NCBI GenBank assembly: GCA_965200315.1
Contig: OZ241362.1
Span: 3,200,001-3,264,000, forward strand
Reading direction: 5' to 3'
Length of the DNA: 64,000 nucleotides
DNA from: Candidatus Latescibacterota bacterium
GTDB taxonomy: Bacteria; Latescibacterota; UBA2968; UBA8231
Shown here: positions 42,637 to 53,332 of the stretch, piece after piece
Layout of the letters: every line of letters begins with the position of its first letter
Numbering within the stretch: the stretch's first letter is position 1
Notes under the pieces: model-generated
Told to the model about the DNA's origin: nothing
The model's input: the letters and a program-made list of their open reading frames with translations, nothing else
Database searches by the model: none
Program-made: the position numbers and the translations under genes

Positions 42637-43686
42637 ATGGGCGAGCGCATTCGCGGCTTTGGCAGCGACAATCACGCCGGGGTCCACCCCGAGGTCATGG
42701 CGGCCTTACAGCAAGTCAACGTGGGGCACGTGCATTCCTACGGGGACGATCCCCACACCGCCGAAGCCATCGCGCTTTTTCGCGAGGTGTTGGGGTCGGA
42801 GGTGGAGGTTTTCTTTGCGTTCAACGGCACTGGAGCCAATGTGACGGCCCTTACCGCACTCACGCGCTTTTGCGACGCGGTGATCTGCTCGGATACCGCT
42901 CATCTCCACATCGACGAATGCGGTGCCCCCGAACAAGTGGCCGGCGTCAAGCTCTTGCCCGCGCCCGCGCCCGATGGCAAAATTACCCCCGAGGGAGTCG
43001 CCGCCCATATCGCGGGTCGCGGCGATGAGCACCAAGTGCGTCCCCGCGTGGTGTCGCTTACACAGGCTACGGAACTGGGTACTGTTTATGCGCCGAGCGA
43101 GATTCGCGCTATCGCCGACTGCGCCCATGAACACGAGATGTATTTGCACGTCGATGGGGCGCGGATTGCCAACGCAGCCGTGGGTTTGGGGTTGGAACTG
43201 CGGGAGGTTACTGGGGATTGCGGAGTGGATGTGCTGTCGTTTGGCGGCACTAAGAACGGCCTGATGATAGGGGAAGCCGTGGTCTTTTTTAAGCCTGAGC
43301 TAGCCGAGGACTATCGCCGTGCGCGCAAGCAGGGGATGCAACTGGCCTCTAAGATGCGCTTTGTTGCCGCGCAGTTTACGGCCCTGCTGACCGACGACCT
43401 GTGGCGTCGGAGCGCCCAGCACGCCAATGCCATGGCGCAGGTGCTGGCCGAGCGAGTGCGGCCCATTCGCGGGGTGGAGGTGATCTACCCAGTGCAGGCT
43501 AACGCCGTCTTCGCCCGCTTGCCGGTAGATGTGATTCCCATTTTGCAGCAGGAGTTTTTCTTTTATCCCTGGAATGCCACGCGAGGCGAGGTGCGCTGGA
43601 TGACCTCGTTCGACACCGAGGCAGAGGACATAGAGGCGTTTGCGACGCTGATTGAAGAAACTATGGCGGAAAGGAGCCTATCGTGA
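42637..43686 (+). CDS. ltaE: Low-specificity L-threonine aldolase
   Basis: FGSDN, GTGAN, DECGAPE, HVDGARIANA, GGTKNG, SKMRF. Confidence 0.93.
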   Translation: MGERIRGFGSDNHAGVHPEVMAALQQVNVGHVHSYGDDPHTAEAIALFREVLGSEVEVFFAFNGTGANVTALTALTRFCDAVICSDTAHLHIDECGAPEQVAGVKLLPAPAPDGKITPEGVAAHIAGRGDEHQVRPRVVSLTQATELGTVYAPSEIRAIADCAHEHEMYLHVDGARIANAAVGLGLELREVTGDCGVDVLSFGGTKNGLMIGEAVVFFKPELAEDYRRARKQGMQLASKMRFVAAQFTALLTDDLWRRSAQHANAMAQVLAERVRPIRGVEVIYPVQANAVFARLPVDVIPILQQEFFFYPWNATRGEVRWMTSFDTEAEDIEAFATLIEETMAERSLS

Positions 43687-44516
43687 TCATCGACACCCAT
43701 ACCCATTTCTACGATCCCACGCGGCCCGAAGGTGTGCCTTGGCCACCGGCTGACAACGCGCTGCTCTACCGCACGGTACTGCCCGAGCACCACCGCGCCC
43801 TCGCCGCGCCCGAAGAGGTGACCGGGACGGTGGTGGTGGAGGCTAGTGCGTGGTTGGCGGACAATCAGTGGATTTTGGATTTGGCCGCTGATGACCCTTG
43901 GATAGTCGGGCTGGTGGGCCATGTCGATCCCAACCGGGAGGCCTTCAAAGGCGACATCGACCGCTTGGCGGCAAACGCGCTCTTCCGCGGCATTCGCTGC
44001 GGCGGCGGGTATTTTGCCGACTTGGAGGCCGGGTCTTTTCTCGCCGACATGGAGCACCTCGTCGCACGGGACTTGGAACTCGACGCGCTGGTGGGGCCGG
44101 CGGACTTGGCCCAAGTGGTGGAACTGGCCCGGCGACTGCCCGAATTGCGCATCGTCATCAACCACTGCGGCGGGGTTGGGGCCGATGGCGGAGATCCCGA
44201 TCCGGCATGGTTGGACGCCATAGCCCAAGCGGCCGAGCAGCCGCAGGTCTTTATGAAGGTCTCGGCGATCATGGAGCAAAGCAGGGTAGAGCCGGTGCCG
44301 GAAGATCTGGACTTTTATCGCCCGATCCTCGACGCCATGTGGGACGCCTTTGGCGCAGACCGCGTGGTCTACGGCAGCAATTGGCCCGTCAGCGACCGAG
44401 CGGGGAGTTTCAAGGCCGCCATCTCCATCGTCAAAGCGTACTTTGGCGAAAAGGGCGCGACCGAGAAGTACTTCTGGCAAAACAGCAAGGTCGCCTACAA
44501 GTGGCCAGATCGCTAA
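43683..44516 (+). CDS. Amidohydrolase family protein (sugar lactonase-like)
   Basis: IIDTHTH, VINH, YGSNWPV. Confidence 0.9.
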   Translation: MIIDTHTHFYDPTRPEGVPWPPADNALLYRTVLPEHHRALAAPEEVTGTVVVEASAWLADNQWILDLAADDPWIVGLVGHVDPNREAFKGDIDRLAANALFRGIRCGGGYFADLEAGSFLADMEHLVARDLELDALVGPADLAQVVELARRLPELRIVINHCGGVGADGGDPDPAWLDAIAQAAEQPQVFMKVSAIMEQSRVEPVPEDLDFYRPILDAMWDAFGADRVVYGSNWPVSDRAGSFKAAISIVKAYFGEKGATEKYFWQNSKVAYKWPDR

Positions 44517-44526
44517 GGAGGCTCCC

Positions 44527-45825
44527 GTGAAATTTTGGGTTTTCACCCACAGCGACCAGCCTCTCGAACACTGGCTCGAAGGCTACCAGCAGCGCTTCGA
44601 CGCTTGGGAAGAAGGCGGCGTCGAGGGTATTATCGTCGGCCGCATGCAGTTTAAGCAGGACGATGGTTCGATGATCTCTAGCTATCCGGTCGATACCAAA
44701 CTCTACGCCGATCACGGCGTCGAGCCGCCGGAGGAGACGCCCCGCGACTTGGTAAAAGAAAAAAAGCTCCAAGCCATGATGGACGATGCCGCGGCGCGTG
44801 GCTGGCAGATTATGACCTTTGGCATGGGCCGCGGCGGGCTGGTCGGGCTGGAGGATTTGATCGCGTTCTACCCGCAGGTCCACGGCGTCATTATCGACGG
44901 CCCCGGCGAAAACCACTACGAGCTAGCGTTCCACCACGGCGGGGAGCTTTTGGAACTCCGGCCCGGCGAGGATCGGCTTTTTGCCGGTATGGGGGCCGAT
45001 GTCGGGCGGATGCAGCGCGGCATTGACCATCTGCGGCAGGCCCTGTGTCGGCTGACGCCCCAGCGGGTGCGCTACCTCGCCCAAGGCGGCCTGTTTTCGG
45101 TGCTGAATTTGATTGACCTCGACGAGGATGGGCTGTATTGGTTGCGGATGCGGCAAGAGAAGTCGCGCCGCTCTTGGGAAGACGCCCGCACCATTGTCGA
45201 TCAGGCCTCGCGCAAGATCGAGTTGGGCGGCATTCCGCGCACGGCTGTCTTTTCTGGGTTGACCGGGCAGGACTACGAGCGGATGGCCGGGTATTTCGAT
45301 TATATACTGCCCAAGCACTACTACTGGCATCGCGGGTTTGACGGGCTTTATGGCACGGTGGCGCGCTGGGTGCAGACGATTGGGGAGTGGAATCCGGGGC
45401 TAACGGAAGAGGACGCTTTTGCCGTGGTCGGGGCGCTTTTTGGCATCAAACTGCCTCAGGTGCGGACGCTTTTTGACTTGGAGGCGGGCTTTCCCGACGA
45501 GTTTTTCAGCGAGGTCGTGTACGGCGAAACGCGCCGGGCCATAGAAGCGGCTGGTGTCGATAAGGTGATTTGCTGGGTTTCGACTGGTCGCACGCCGCAC
45601 GCTGGCGATCCCATGCCCGCCCGCGATTTGCTCGGCATTTTGCGGGCGTCCGCGGCGGCTGGGCTCAAGCGTTTTGTCTTTCATCCAGAGGTTATGGGCG
45701 CGTCTGAGTGGCGGGTTTTGACAGAAATGTGCGGGACGCCGTGGCGCGAGGATCCGAGCGGGTATTGGCCTTCGGGTACTGAGAAGCCAGATGCTTTTAA
45801 TGGGGGACGGAAGAAAGGGAATTAG
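44527..45825 (+). CDS. Hypothetical protein
   Basis: 433-codon ORF with host-like codon usage; GTG start after AAGGAGG. Confidence 0.75.
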   Translation: MKFWVFTHSDQPLEHWLEGYQQRFDAWEEGGVEGIIVGRMQFKQDDGSMISSYPVDTKLYADHGVEPPEETPRDLVKEKKLQAMMDDAAARGWQIMTFGMGRGGLVGLEDLIAFYPQVHGVIIDGPGENHYELAFHHGGELLELRPGEDRLFAGMGADVGRMQRGIDHLRQALCRLTPQRVRYLAQGGLFSVLNLIDLDEDGLYWLRMRQEKSRRSWEDARTIVDQASRKIELGGIPRTAVFSGLTGQDYERMAGYFDYILPKHYYWHRGFDGLYGTVARWVQTIGEWNPGLTEEDAFAVVGALFGIKLPQVRTLFDLEAGFPDEFFSEVVYGETRRAIEAAGVDKVICWVSTGRTPHAGDPMPARDLLGILRASAAAGLKRFVFHPEVMGASEWRVLTEMCGTPWREDPSGYWPSGTEKPDAFNGGRKKGN

Positions 45826-45829
45826 CTGA

Positions 45830-46328
45830 ACGCAAAATGGCAACAAGCTGTTGCCAAATTGAATCAGCAAGATCCGGTTCTCAGTTTTGCTAAAGCTTGT
45901 CGCAGAACTTCTGGAACAGGCTGCTCCAGACCTGAGATCGCGACAGTGTAGCAACAATTGACTGCCGAATTTGGATGAGGTTACAGCTATAGACTTGAAC
46001 GATTTGAGATGCGGATGGCCTCGTGAATACTATTCTGCGTCTGCCTGTGTCCTTCTGCGGATCGTCTCTTAAATGATGTGCTATATTCTGCTCTCACTCG
46101 GATGATACATTTTGCCAAGGCCTTCCCCGAAGGCTGGTCGTATTTGTCTTTTGTCTGTTATCAATCTAGAGTAGGTTCCTAATCTCAGGAAATCGTCGCG
46201 CTCCGCGAGGCGATTGTGCGGCTACAAGAGAGGCTAGAAACGGACAAGTAGATGATCCGTTTTGCGACCATTTCCCCGACCCTGAGATAGTAGTATCGCT
46301 GGTACGACAATTAAGCTGGTTGCACTTA
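45830..46328 (+). pseudogene. Scrambled remnants of a DUF1016/YhcG-like N-terminal domain
   Basis: Pieces read IATV*QQLTAEFG*GYSY, YSALTRMIHFAKAFPE, MIRFA..FPDPEIVVSLVRQLSWLH. Confidence 0.6.
46031..46064 (-). repeat. Half copy of the CGCAGA-type repeat
   Basis: Reverse complement CGATCCGCAGAAGGACACAGGCAGACGCAGAATA matches 17942-17965 plus one extra 10-nt unit. Confidence 0.6.
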
Positions 46329-46348
46329 AGGGAATTAGGAGATTAAAA

Positions 46349-46987
46349 ATGTACGACGAATGGAAGCCCATCTACTCGGCTTTAGTCACCGACATCATGG
46401 ACCAACTCGGCTACCGCGATCAGGCCATGACTCCCGATATCCGGCCCAGCCGCCCCGACGCCTTCATCGCCGGCCCGGCGCTCACCATCGACGCGTACGC
46501 CGATGCTAGCCCCGACCCCGACCCCTACGGCCAAATTTTTGCCGCCTACGATCAAGCCAGCCCCGGCGACGTGTTCGTCATCGCCACCAATGGCGAAGAG
46601 CGCTCTGGCCTTTGGGGCGAACTTCTCTCCACGGCGGCCCAAGCTCGCGGCGTCGAATCCGTGCTCACCGACGGCTTGGTCCGCGATGTGCGCCAGATGA
46701 ACGCCATGGGCTACCACTGCTTCTGCAAAGGCTATTCGCCGCTCGATTCGGCGGGCCGCATCCTCGCCAAAACGATCAACCAACCTATCACCTGCGGCGG
46801 TGTGCAGGTTCACCCCGGCGATTTTATTCTAGCTGACTACGATGGCGTGGCGGTGATTCCGGCGGCGATCCAAGGCGAAGTCTACGAAAAGGCCATGGAA
46901 AAGCTCGCCGGGGAAAACGTCGTGCGCGATGAATTGGCTGCGGGGAAATCGCCGCGGGAAGTCTTTGATCGCTACGGGATATTGTGA
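46349..46987 (+). CDS. RraA family / HMG aldolase-like protein
   Basis: LWGELLST, DGLVRD, V.PGD...AD.DGV. Confidence 0.92.
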   Translation: MYDEWKPIYSALVTDIMDQLGYRDQAMTPDIRPSRPDAFIAGPALTIDAYADASPDPDPYGQIFAAYDQASPGDVFVIATNGEERSGLWGELLSTAAQARGVESVLTDGLVRDVRQMNAMGYHCFCKGYSPLDSAGRILAKTINQPITCGGVQVHPGDFILADYDGVAVIPAAIQGEVYEKAMEKLAGENVVRDELAAGKSPREVFDRYGIL

Positions 46988-47018
46988 TTGCTTCTAAATG
47001 AAGGAGAGACCTGCACCC

Positions 47019-47186
47019 ATGAGTTTTACGGCCATAATAACTAGGAGCGAAGATTTGACTTTATTCGTCGCTCGTTGTCCCCAAGTAGGTACGGTTAGTC
47101 AAGGAAAGACTGAGGAGGAAGCACTGAAAAATCTCAAAGAGGCTACCGAGCTGTACTTGGAAGAAGTCACAAACAGTCTAAAGTAG
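47019..47186 (+). CDS. Short HicB-family antitoxin, no adjacent hicA
   Basis: VARCPQVGTVSQGKTEEEALKNLKEATELYLEE. Confidence 0.85.
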   Translation: MSFTAIITRSEDLTLFVARCPQVGTVSQGKTEEEALKNLKEATELYLEEVTNSLK

Positions 47187-47234
47187 GCTGCCTGTTCTGT
47201 TTGGGCTAGCGGCGTACTTTGGGATTTCGCCAAT

Positions 47235-47586
47235 TTATTTTTGGATTGCCTCGTACAGGCTTTGCTTAAACTTGTTTTCGTCTTCACAGTTATAAAATGG
47301 TACGCCTATCAATCTATATTTTTGAGTCCTGCCCTGAGTCTTAAATTCCAGTATTTCCCCATCGAACTTGTCCGTTAATTGTTTTAGGAAGTCCTGTTTC
47401 CATTTGTCGTGTTCTTGCAGGTATTTTCCCTTGGGTTCAACAAATATCTGATGAGTAAGCATGTTTCCACTTTTTTCGCGCAGAAAGAGAACAAAGTCTG
47501 GCTCAAACGCCTGTCCATTGTCAAAGCTGTAGATTTTGAAGTGTCTTTCGTTGCGGACCAGATATATCTCGTCGTATTTTTCTTAA
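47235..47586 (-). pseudogene. C-terminal fragment of a type III restriction (Res) subunit, truncated by IS5
   Basis: YLVRNERHFKIYSFDNGQAFEPDFVLFL...IFVEPKG PD-(D/E)xK motif; AT-rich. Confidence 0.8.
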
Positions 47587-48546
47587 GAAGGCGTCTGCAA
47601 ACCCTTAATGTAGCCGCTATTTGAACCGGCGTACTCATCGAGCCCTATTCAGGTGTTCACCACACAATCTGAACAGAAAGGCTTGTATGCTGAGTACGCC
47701 GCCTATGCCATATGCCACCGATCGAACCGATGCCCAATGGCGGCGGATCGCACCGTTGCGGCCGGTGCCGCGCTGGCGTCTTGACGGTCCGGGTCGGCCC
47801 CCGCGGGATCGCCGCCAAATCGTCAACGGCCTTTTGTATTTGAACAAGACGGGGTGTCCTTGGGCTTGGTTGCCGGGTTGTTTTGGGCCGTGGCAAACGG
47901 TGTATGATTACTTTCGTCGCTGGAGCCTGCAAGGGGTCTGGTCGCCGGTGCTGAATCAGCGTACCCAGCAGGAGCGTCGCCGGAACGGACGGGCTGGGCT
48001 GCCGTCGGCGGGCCTCGTCGACAGTCAGACGATTAAGACCACAACCCAAGGCCACACCCTTGGTTATGACGCCGGCAAAAAGATCAAGGGACGCAAACGG
48101 CCTCTGTTGGTGGATACGTTGGGCTTACTCAGACAGGGGGTGGTCACCGCCGCCGCCGTGGATGATCGCGACGGCCTCAAGCAGGGGCTGACCCGCTGAG
48201 GAGCCGCTGGCGTGGCCCGCTTACGGAAGCTATGGGCGGATGGCGGCTACCAAGGCGAAGCCATCCGAACGTGGGTGGCTAATCAAAAAAAGACGCACAA
48301 AATAGACTGGGAAGTCGTCACCAAACAAGGCGGCGGCTTTGAGGTGTTACCACGCCGGTGGGTCGTCGAGCGCCCCTTGGCGGGGTTGATGAGCAGTCCG
48401 GCCGCCGTATGGCGGCCGCATTTTCGCCGGCATGCGAGAGATTATGAGGTGTTGACCCACCATAGTGAAGCCTTGATTCAGATCGCCATGAGCCACTGGC
48501 TACTCAAACGCATCAAATGAAAAAAATATAGTTTGCAGACGGCCTC
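47587..48546 (+). mobile_element. IS5-family element copy 2 (960 bp), same in-frame TGA
   Basis: TIRs GAAGGCGTCTGCAAAC / GAGGCCGTCTGCAAAC; near-identical to copy 1 in inverted orientation. Confidence 0.95.
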
Positions 48547-48567
48547 TTAGGAGATGGACAACAAACC

Positions 48568-49356
48568 ATGATTGATGATTCCTACAGTTCGGGCGCAAAG
48601 CATTACGACGCGGCATACAGCGTCAAAGACAATCTGGTGGACCGGGACTTCTACCTCGACCTAGCCAATGAGTATGGTGGACCGGTTCTCGAGTTTGGCT
48701 GCGGCACTGGGAGAATCACCTTGCCGCTGGCGCGACGAGGAGTGGATGTCACAGGGATGGATGCTTCTCATTCCATGCTAGAGGTCTTGCACACCAAGCT
48801 CGCCAAAGAACCTGCAGGCGTACAACAGAGAATGCGAGTCGTAGAGGGAGATTTTCGCACCCATTATCTGGGCGATCAATTTTCCTTGGTAGTAATTCCA
48901 TTCAGACCCATGCAGCATCTGTACACTACGGAAGATCAACTGGCGGTCCTGAAAAACGCCGGAAGACATTTGGCAGATGGTGGCGTCCTCGCGTTTGACG
49001 TGTTCAATCCCAATTTCGACAAAATTCTATCGGGCGTCGGAGAAGAATACTTGGACTTGGAGTGGCCGGCACAAGATGGGACGGCTCGGATGGTCCGACG
49101 GTACTTTGTAAAGGACGAGATTGATCTGATCAATCTGAACTTCTCGGGCAGGTTTATCTTTCGATTGTGTGAGGGCGATCAAGTTCTGTCTGAGGAAGTA
49201 CAGCCATTGAAGATGAGTTTCTATACGTATCCTCACCTCAAAGTGCTTTTCTGCGCTGCGGGCCTTGAGAGTGTAGGAGAATTCGGATCATTTGATCGGA
49301 GACCGATAGGGCCCGAAGCACCTGAAATGATATTCCTACTGAAGCGTCGGCAATAA
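48568..49356 (+). CDS. Class I SAM-dependent methyltransferase
   Basis: GPVLEFGCGTGR, GDFR, HL..GG.LAFDVFNP. Confidence 0.93.
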   Translation: MIDDSYSSGAKHYDAAYSVKDNLVDRDFYLDLANEYGGPVLEFGCGTGRITLPLARRGVDVTGMDASHSMLEVLHTKLAKEPAGVQQRMRVVEGDFRTHYLGDQFSLVVIPFRPMQHLYTTEDQLAVLKNAGRHLADGGVLAFDVFNPNFDKILSGVGEEYLDLEWPAQDGTARMVRRYFVKDEIDLINLNFSGRFIFRLCEGDQVLSEEVQPLKMSFYTYPHLKVLFCAAGLESVGEFGSFDRRPIGPEAPEMIFLLKRRQ

Positions 49357-49396
49357 CACATAGCTCGCGCTATTAAATCTCGCAACTGATCCTGCC

Positions 49397-50209
49397 GTGC
49401 GACGCTTGACCGACGACATGAAACGCGACTGGGCGGAAAAGGGCTATATCCTGCTCAAGGGTGCCCTTACCCGCGCCCAAGTCGCAGGCTATCTGGACGC
49501 TACCGACGAGATAATCGCCCAATACCGCGAGACCCATCCCGAGGCCCGCGAGCAGGACGCCCTCAACATCATCCAGACAGTCGAGCGGTCCCCGAATTTC
49601 GATTCGTTGATCGACCATCCTAGCACCTTCGGCGTCATCGTCGACCTGATAGGCCCCTATCTCCAGATCATGGGCACGGTGATTTACGTCCGCTATCCCA
49701 GTGGGGACATGCCCTTCGACTGGCACACCGACGGGGGTGCCTCGTTGCGCGAGTTCCGAGTCACACCGGACAGCCGCCCGCTCAACTTCAAGATTCAGTA
49801 TTTCCTGACCGACATCCCCGCAGATAACCGAGCCAACTTCTGCTTCGTGCCCGGCAGCCATCGCCGAGATTTTCCCGAGGAGGGTTTTGCCAAGGGCGCA
49901 TGGCCGGAGGGCGGGGTCCAGCTAGTCGCTGAAGCCGGCGACGCCGTCATCTTCACCTACGGCCTGTGGCACGGCGTGGCCCCAAATGAGGGCGAGGACG
50001 TCCGGCGCAGCGTTACCTTTCGCTATGGGCAGCTATGGTCGCGGCCGTGGGACTACGAGAAGGCACCGCCCGAAGTGCTGGCGCGTATGACGCCGCGCCA
50101 GCGACGCCTGATGGGCGACATCGGCTCTAATAGCGCGCCCGGCGCGTACTACGCGCCCGAAGACCAACTCGCCATCATCCTCGACGGCATCGAACAGCCG
50201 CCGACCTGA
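49397..50209 (+). CDS. Phytanoyl-CoA dioxygenase family protein
   Basis: WAEKGYI, WHTD, PGSH, LWHG. Confidence 0.92.
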   Translation: MRRLTDDMKRDWAEKGYILLKGALTRAQVAGYLDATDEIIAQYRETHPEAREQDALNIIQTVERSPNFDSLIDHPSTFGVIVDLIGPYLQIMGTVIYVRYPSGDMPFDWHTDGGASLREFRVTPDSRPLNFKIQYFLTDIPADNRANFCFVPGSHRRDFPEEGFAKGAWPEGGVQLVAEAGDAVIFTYGLWHGVAPNEGEDVRRSVTFRYGQLWSRPWDYEKAPPEVLARMTPRQRRLMGDIGSNSAPGAYYAPEDQLAIILDGIEQPPT

Positions 50210-50283
50210 TCTGATCGCATGATGCCCTAGCGTGTTATTCGGGGTTACTGAAACCAAAACGTCAGGCGCTCTCCAAGTCCACC

Positions 50284-51219
50284 ATGGACAATCGCTGGAA
50301 CTACATTGCCACCGCCGCCTACGGTCTCACCGATCTGTGGTTGGTTGAATCGCGAGCGCATTTCAGCAACCACTTCTTCATAGAATCATCCCAAGGACAA
50401 TTCGTCCTATCCTGCTCTCCGTTCCAAGCAGACAGAATGGTAAAGAGCTATCAGTTCCGGCTAATGGAAGTCCTCAAGCACAACGGTTTTAGACAAGTTT
50501 TGCTGCCGGTGCAGACGCTAAATGGAAGGTACTGCTACTGGGAAGGGGGAAACTGGTGGGTGTTGAACCCCTACATGCCATCTGACGAGCGTCCTCCGTG
50601 GGATTCCCGTGATCTGATTGCTGAGGCAGCGCAGACGCTAGCGGCGCTGCATTCGGCAGGTCGCAACTACGAAGATGAACTCCGAGCCGAATCAGCAAGA
50701 AAGGACTTGGGTTGGTACTACGTACCTTCGACCAGATGGGCTGAATTGTCGGCAAAAATTGCCGATACTTTCCGGTGGAGCGAGCTAAGTGAGGATGACT
50801 CAGCATTCCTTCGATCTCAGCTCCTTTTCATACAATCCGCCGCCCCCCTATGCGATGAGCGGGAAATGCTATCGATCACGCATCAAGACTACCGCCCTGC
50901 CAACTTGCGGATATGGGAGTCAAAGATCGCCACAGTGTGGGATTTCGACATGGCCGTCATTGACTACTCGCTCTACGACGTAGCATTCGCGTCGCTCCAA
51001 TTCGGAGGTCGGGAATGCCTCTTCCCCGAAGTATCGCTGGATCTCGCCAAGCAATTTGTCGAGGCGTATATAGCGGCAACAGACAAGCCCGAACCCTTTA
51101 AAAAAGACGGCGTCCTCCGGTGGTTTCTAACAGTGGCTGTGCTGCGACGACTGCTATTGAACTATCACATCCCAGAACGGATGGAGTTGCTGCGAAAAGT
51201 TGTGGGTTGGGTTGGCTGA
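50284..51219 (+). CDS. Aminoglycoside phosphotransferase / type II homoserine kinase-fold kinase
   Basis: LAALH, HQDYRPAN, DFD motifs. Confidence 0.88.
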   Translation: MDNRWNYIATAAYGLTDLWLVESRAHFSNHFFIESSQGQFVLSCSPFQADRMVKSYQFRLMEVLKHNGFRQVLLPVQTLNGRYCYWEGGNWWVLNPYMPSDERPPWDSRDLIAEAAQTLAALHSAGRNYEDELRAESARKDLGWYYVPSTRWAELSAKIADTFRWSELSEDDSAFLRSQLLFIQSAAPLCDEREMLSITHQDYRPANLRIWESKIATVWDFDMAVIDYSLYDVAFASLQFGGRECLFPEVSLDLAKQFVEAYIAATDKPEPFKKDGVLRWFLTVAVLRRLLLNYHIPERMELLRKVVGWVG

Positions 51220-51290
51220 ATCGCACTTATAGTTCTATAGCTTGATACCTGCTATATTGCATCAAACTTTCCCGCAAACCGGAGCCGCCC

Positions 51291-52559
51291 ATGACATCTA
51301 ATACCGCTACCGTCCATCGACCACGCGAACACGCACGCTACGGGGCCGCCTCCCAGCAGGAGTTCGACGGACCGCTGCCCCAGCCCTTTCCCCGCGAGAT
51401 CGGCCCGCGAGCCATGGAGTACCTAGCCGAGGTCGTCGATTCCGGCCTCACCTGCGACATGGTAGGCCGGTTCGAGCAAGCCTTCGCCGCAGCCCACGGC
51501 GTCGCGCACTGCATCGCCACGCCGGGATGCACGCCGGCCTTGGCCGTACTAGCCGCAGCCTTCGGCTTCGAGCCCGGCGACGAGATCGTAGTCAGCTCGG
51601 TCAGCGACTACGGCACCGTGCAGGGCCTGATTAGCGCTGGCTACATCCCGGTGTTCGCCGACGCCGCACCCGGCACGGTCAACGTCAATGCAGAGACCAT
51701 TGAGGCGTGCATTTCCGAGCGCACGCGAGCGATTCTCGTCGTGCATCTGACCGGCCTGATCTGCGACATGGACGCCATCAACGAGGTCGCCGCACGCCAC
51801 GGCCTAGCGGTCTATGAGGACGCCTGCCAAGCAGTCTTTGGCCGCTACAAGGGCCGCTACGCCGGCACCCTATCGACAGCGGGAGCCTTTTCCTTTGACG
51901 CGGAGAAAACCATGGGCTCCGACGTGGGCGGCTGCATCCTCACCAACGACGACGAGCTGGCCGAGCGGGTGCGCTTCGTCGGCCAGAGTCGCGGTGGAGA
52001 GATGGTCGAACACTTCGGGCGCGTACACACAGTCAACGGCTTCGCCCATCGCATGCCCCAGTCGACCGCGGCGATCTGCTTGGCTCAGCTAGAAATCATC
52101 CAGCCGCAGGTAGAGAAACGCGATCGCATGATCCGTCTGTTGAGCGCACTCCTCGATGAAATCCCGGGCGTCTCGGCATTGCCGATCCCACCGGAGACCG
52201 AGGTGTACTCCTGCTGGATGGCGGGGTTCACCATCGACCTCGAACAGTTCCGCTGCGACGCCGAGAAGTTCGGCGCACAGGTAGCAGCCGCTGGCATCCG
52301 AGGGGCAAGCCAAGCGCGCTACTATCTACTGCCAGCGGCCCTGCCCTACCTCACGGAAGCGGCCGAACGCCAGCGCTTCCCGTACTCGCAGCCGCCGGCG
52401 TCGCGCACCTACCGCTACGACGCAACGTGCTGTCCGAACGCTCACTCGCTGCTGGAGCGCTTCATCCGCTGGAGCACCTTCTGCGATAAGTACGATCCCC
52501 ACCACTGTGAACAGGCGGCCGCAATCGTGCGCCGCGTCGCCGACGAGTACCGGCAATGA
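51291..52559 (+). CDS. DegT/DnrJ/EryC1/StrS aminotransferase
   Basis: VHLTG...DM, EDACQA, FSFDAEKTM. Confidence 0.93.
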   Translation: MTSNTATVHRPREHARYGAASQQEFDGPLPQPFPREIGPRAMEYLAEVVDSGLTCDMVGRFEQAFAAAHGVAHCIATPGCTPALAVLAAAFGFEPGDEIVVSSVSDYGTVQGLISAGYIPVFADAAPGTVNVNAETIEACISERTRAILVVHLTGLICDMDAINEVAARHGLAVYEDACQAVFGRYKGRYAGTLSTAGAFSFDAEKTMGSDVGGCILTNDDELAERVRFVGQSRGGEMVEHFGRVHTVNGFAHRMPQSTAAICLAQLEIIQPQVEKRDRMIRLLSALLDEIPGVSALPIPPETEVYSCWMAGFTIDLEQFRCDAEKFGAQVAAAGIRGASQARYYLLPAALPYLTEAAERQRFPYSQPPASRTYRYDATCCPNAHSLLERFIRWSTFCDKYDPHHCEQAAAIVRRVADEYRQ

Positions 52560-53332
52560 CAGAGAACGCGCTACAGCTCGCCGCCCGTTACTACCGGGCC
52601 CTGCCGATTGACCGCCCAGGATACGAACAGGTCACCCTGTCGCTACCCGTGGACAAGACAGCCCTAGTGGGCATGCACTGCTGGAACATCGGCTGCCCCG
52701 ATGGCCCGCCGGTGGACGTCAACTACTGCGTCGGCATGGGTTGGCCCCAGTCAACTCAGGAGGCCGGGCGCATCATGGCCGAGGTCATCCGCCCGGCCAT
52801 GGACGCGGCCCGCGCAATTGGGATGCCGGTCTGCCACGTCGAGACGGACTGGATGGACCACCAGTATCCCCACATCGAGTCGCGGCGCTCGGGAGAGTCC
52901 GGCTCCATACACCCACACCAACAGGAGATGCTCGAACGAGCCCACGGCGTCGGCTACATGGAGTGCTCACCGCTAGCGCAGATGCAACGCGCCGAAATCG
53001 CGTCCCCGGTTGGAGATGAGCCTCTCTTTTTCTACTCCGACGTGCTGGACGAATACCTGTGCAACCGCGATGTGGATACGCTCATCTACATGGGGTTCGC
53101 AGCCGATATGTGCCTACTCGGCGCCGAAGGGGGAGCGCGGCCCATGCTGGCCCGCGGTTATCGCTGCGTGGTGATGCGCGATGCGACCGTTGGGGTGGAG
53201 ACGCCAGCGTCGTTCCCGCAGCGGTTATCAACCAACTATGCCCTCCACATCTTCGAGTGGAGCCTCGGCTTCGGCTGCACCTTCGCGCAATTCCAACAGG
53301 CCATCGATCAGCTGAAAGGTGAGCAGCCATGA
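52556..53332 (+). CDS. Isochorismatase-family hydrolase
   Basis: LIYMGFAADMC, V.RDAT; start overlaps the previous stop. Confidence 0.78.
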   Translation: MTENALQLAARYYRALPIDRPGYEQVTLSLPVDKTALVGMHCWNIGCPDGPPVDVNYCVGMGWPQSTQEAGRIMAEVIRPAMDAARAIGMPVCHVETDWMDHQYPHIESRRSGESGSIHPHQQEMLERAHGVGYMECSPLAQMQRAEIASPVGDEPLFFYSDVLDEYLCNRDVDTLIYMGFAADMCLLGAEGGARPMLARGYRCVVMRDATVGVETPASFPQRLSTNYALHIFEWSLGFGCTFAQFQQAIDQLKGEQP

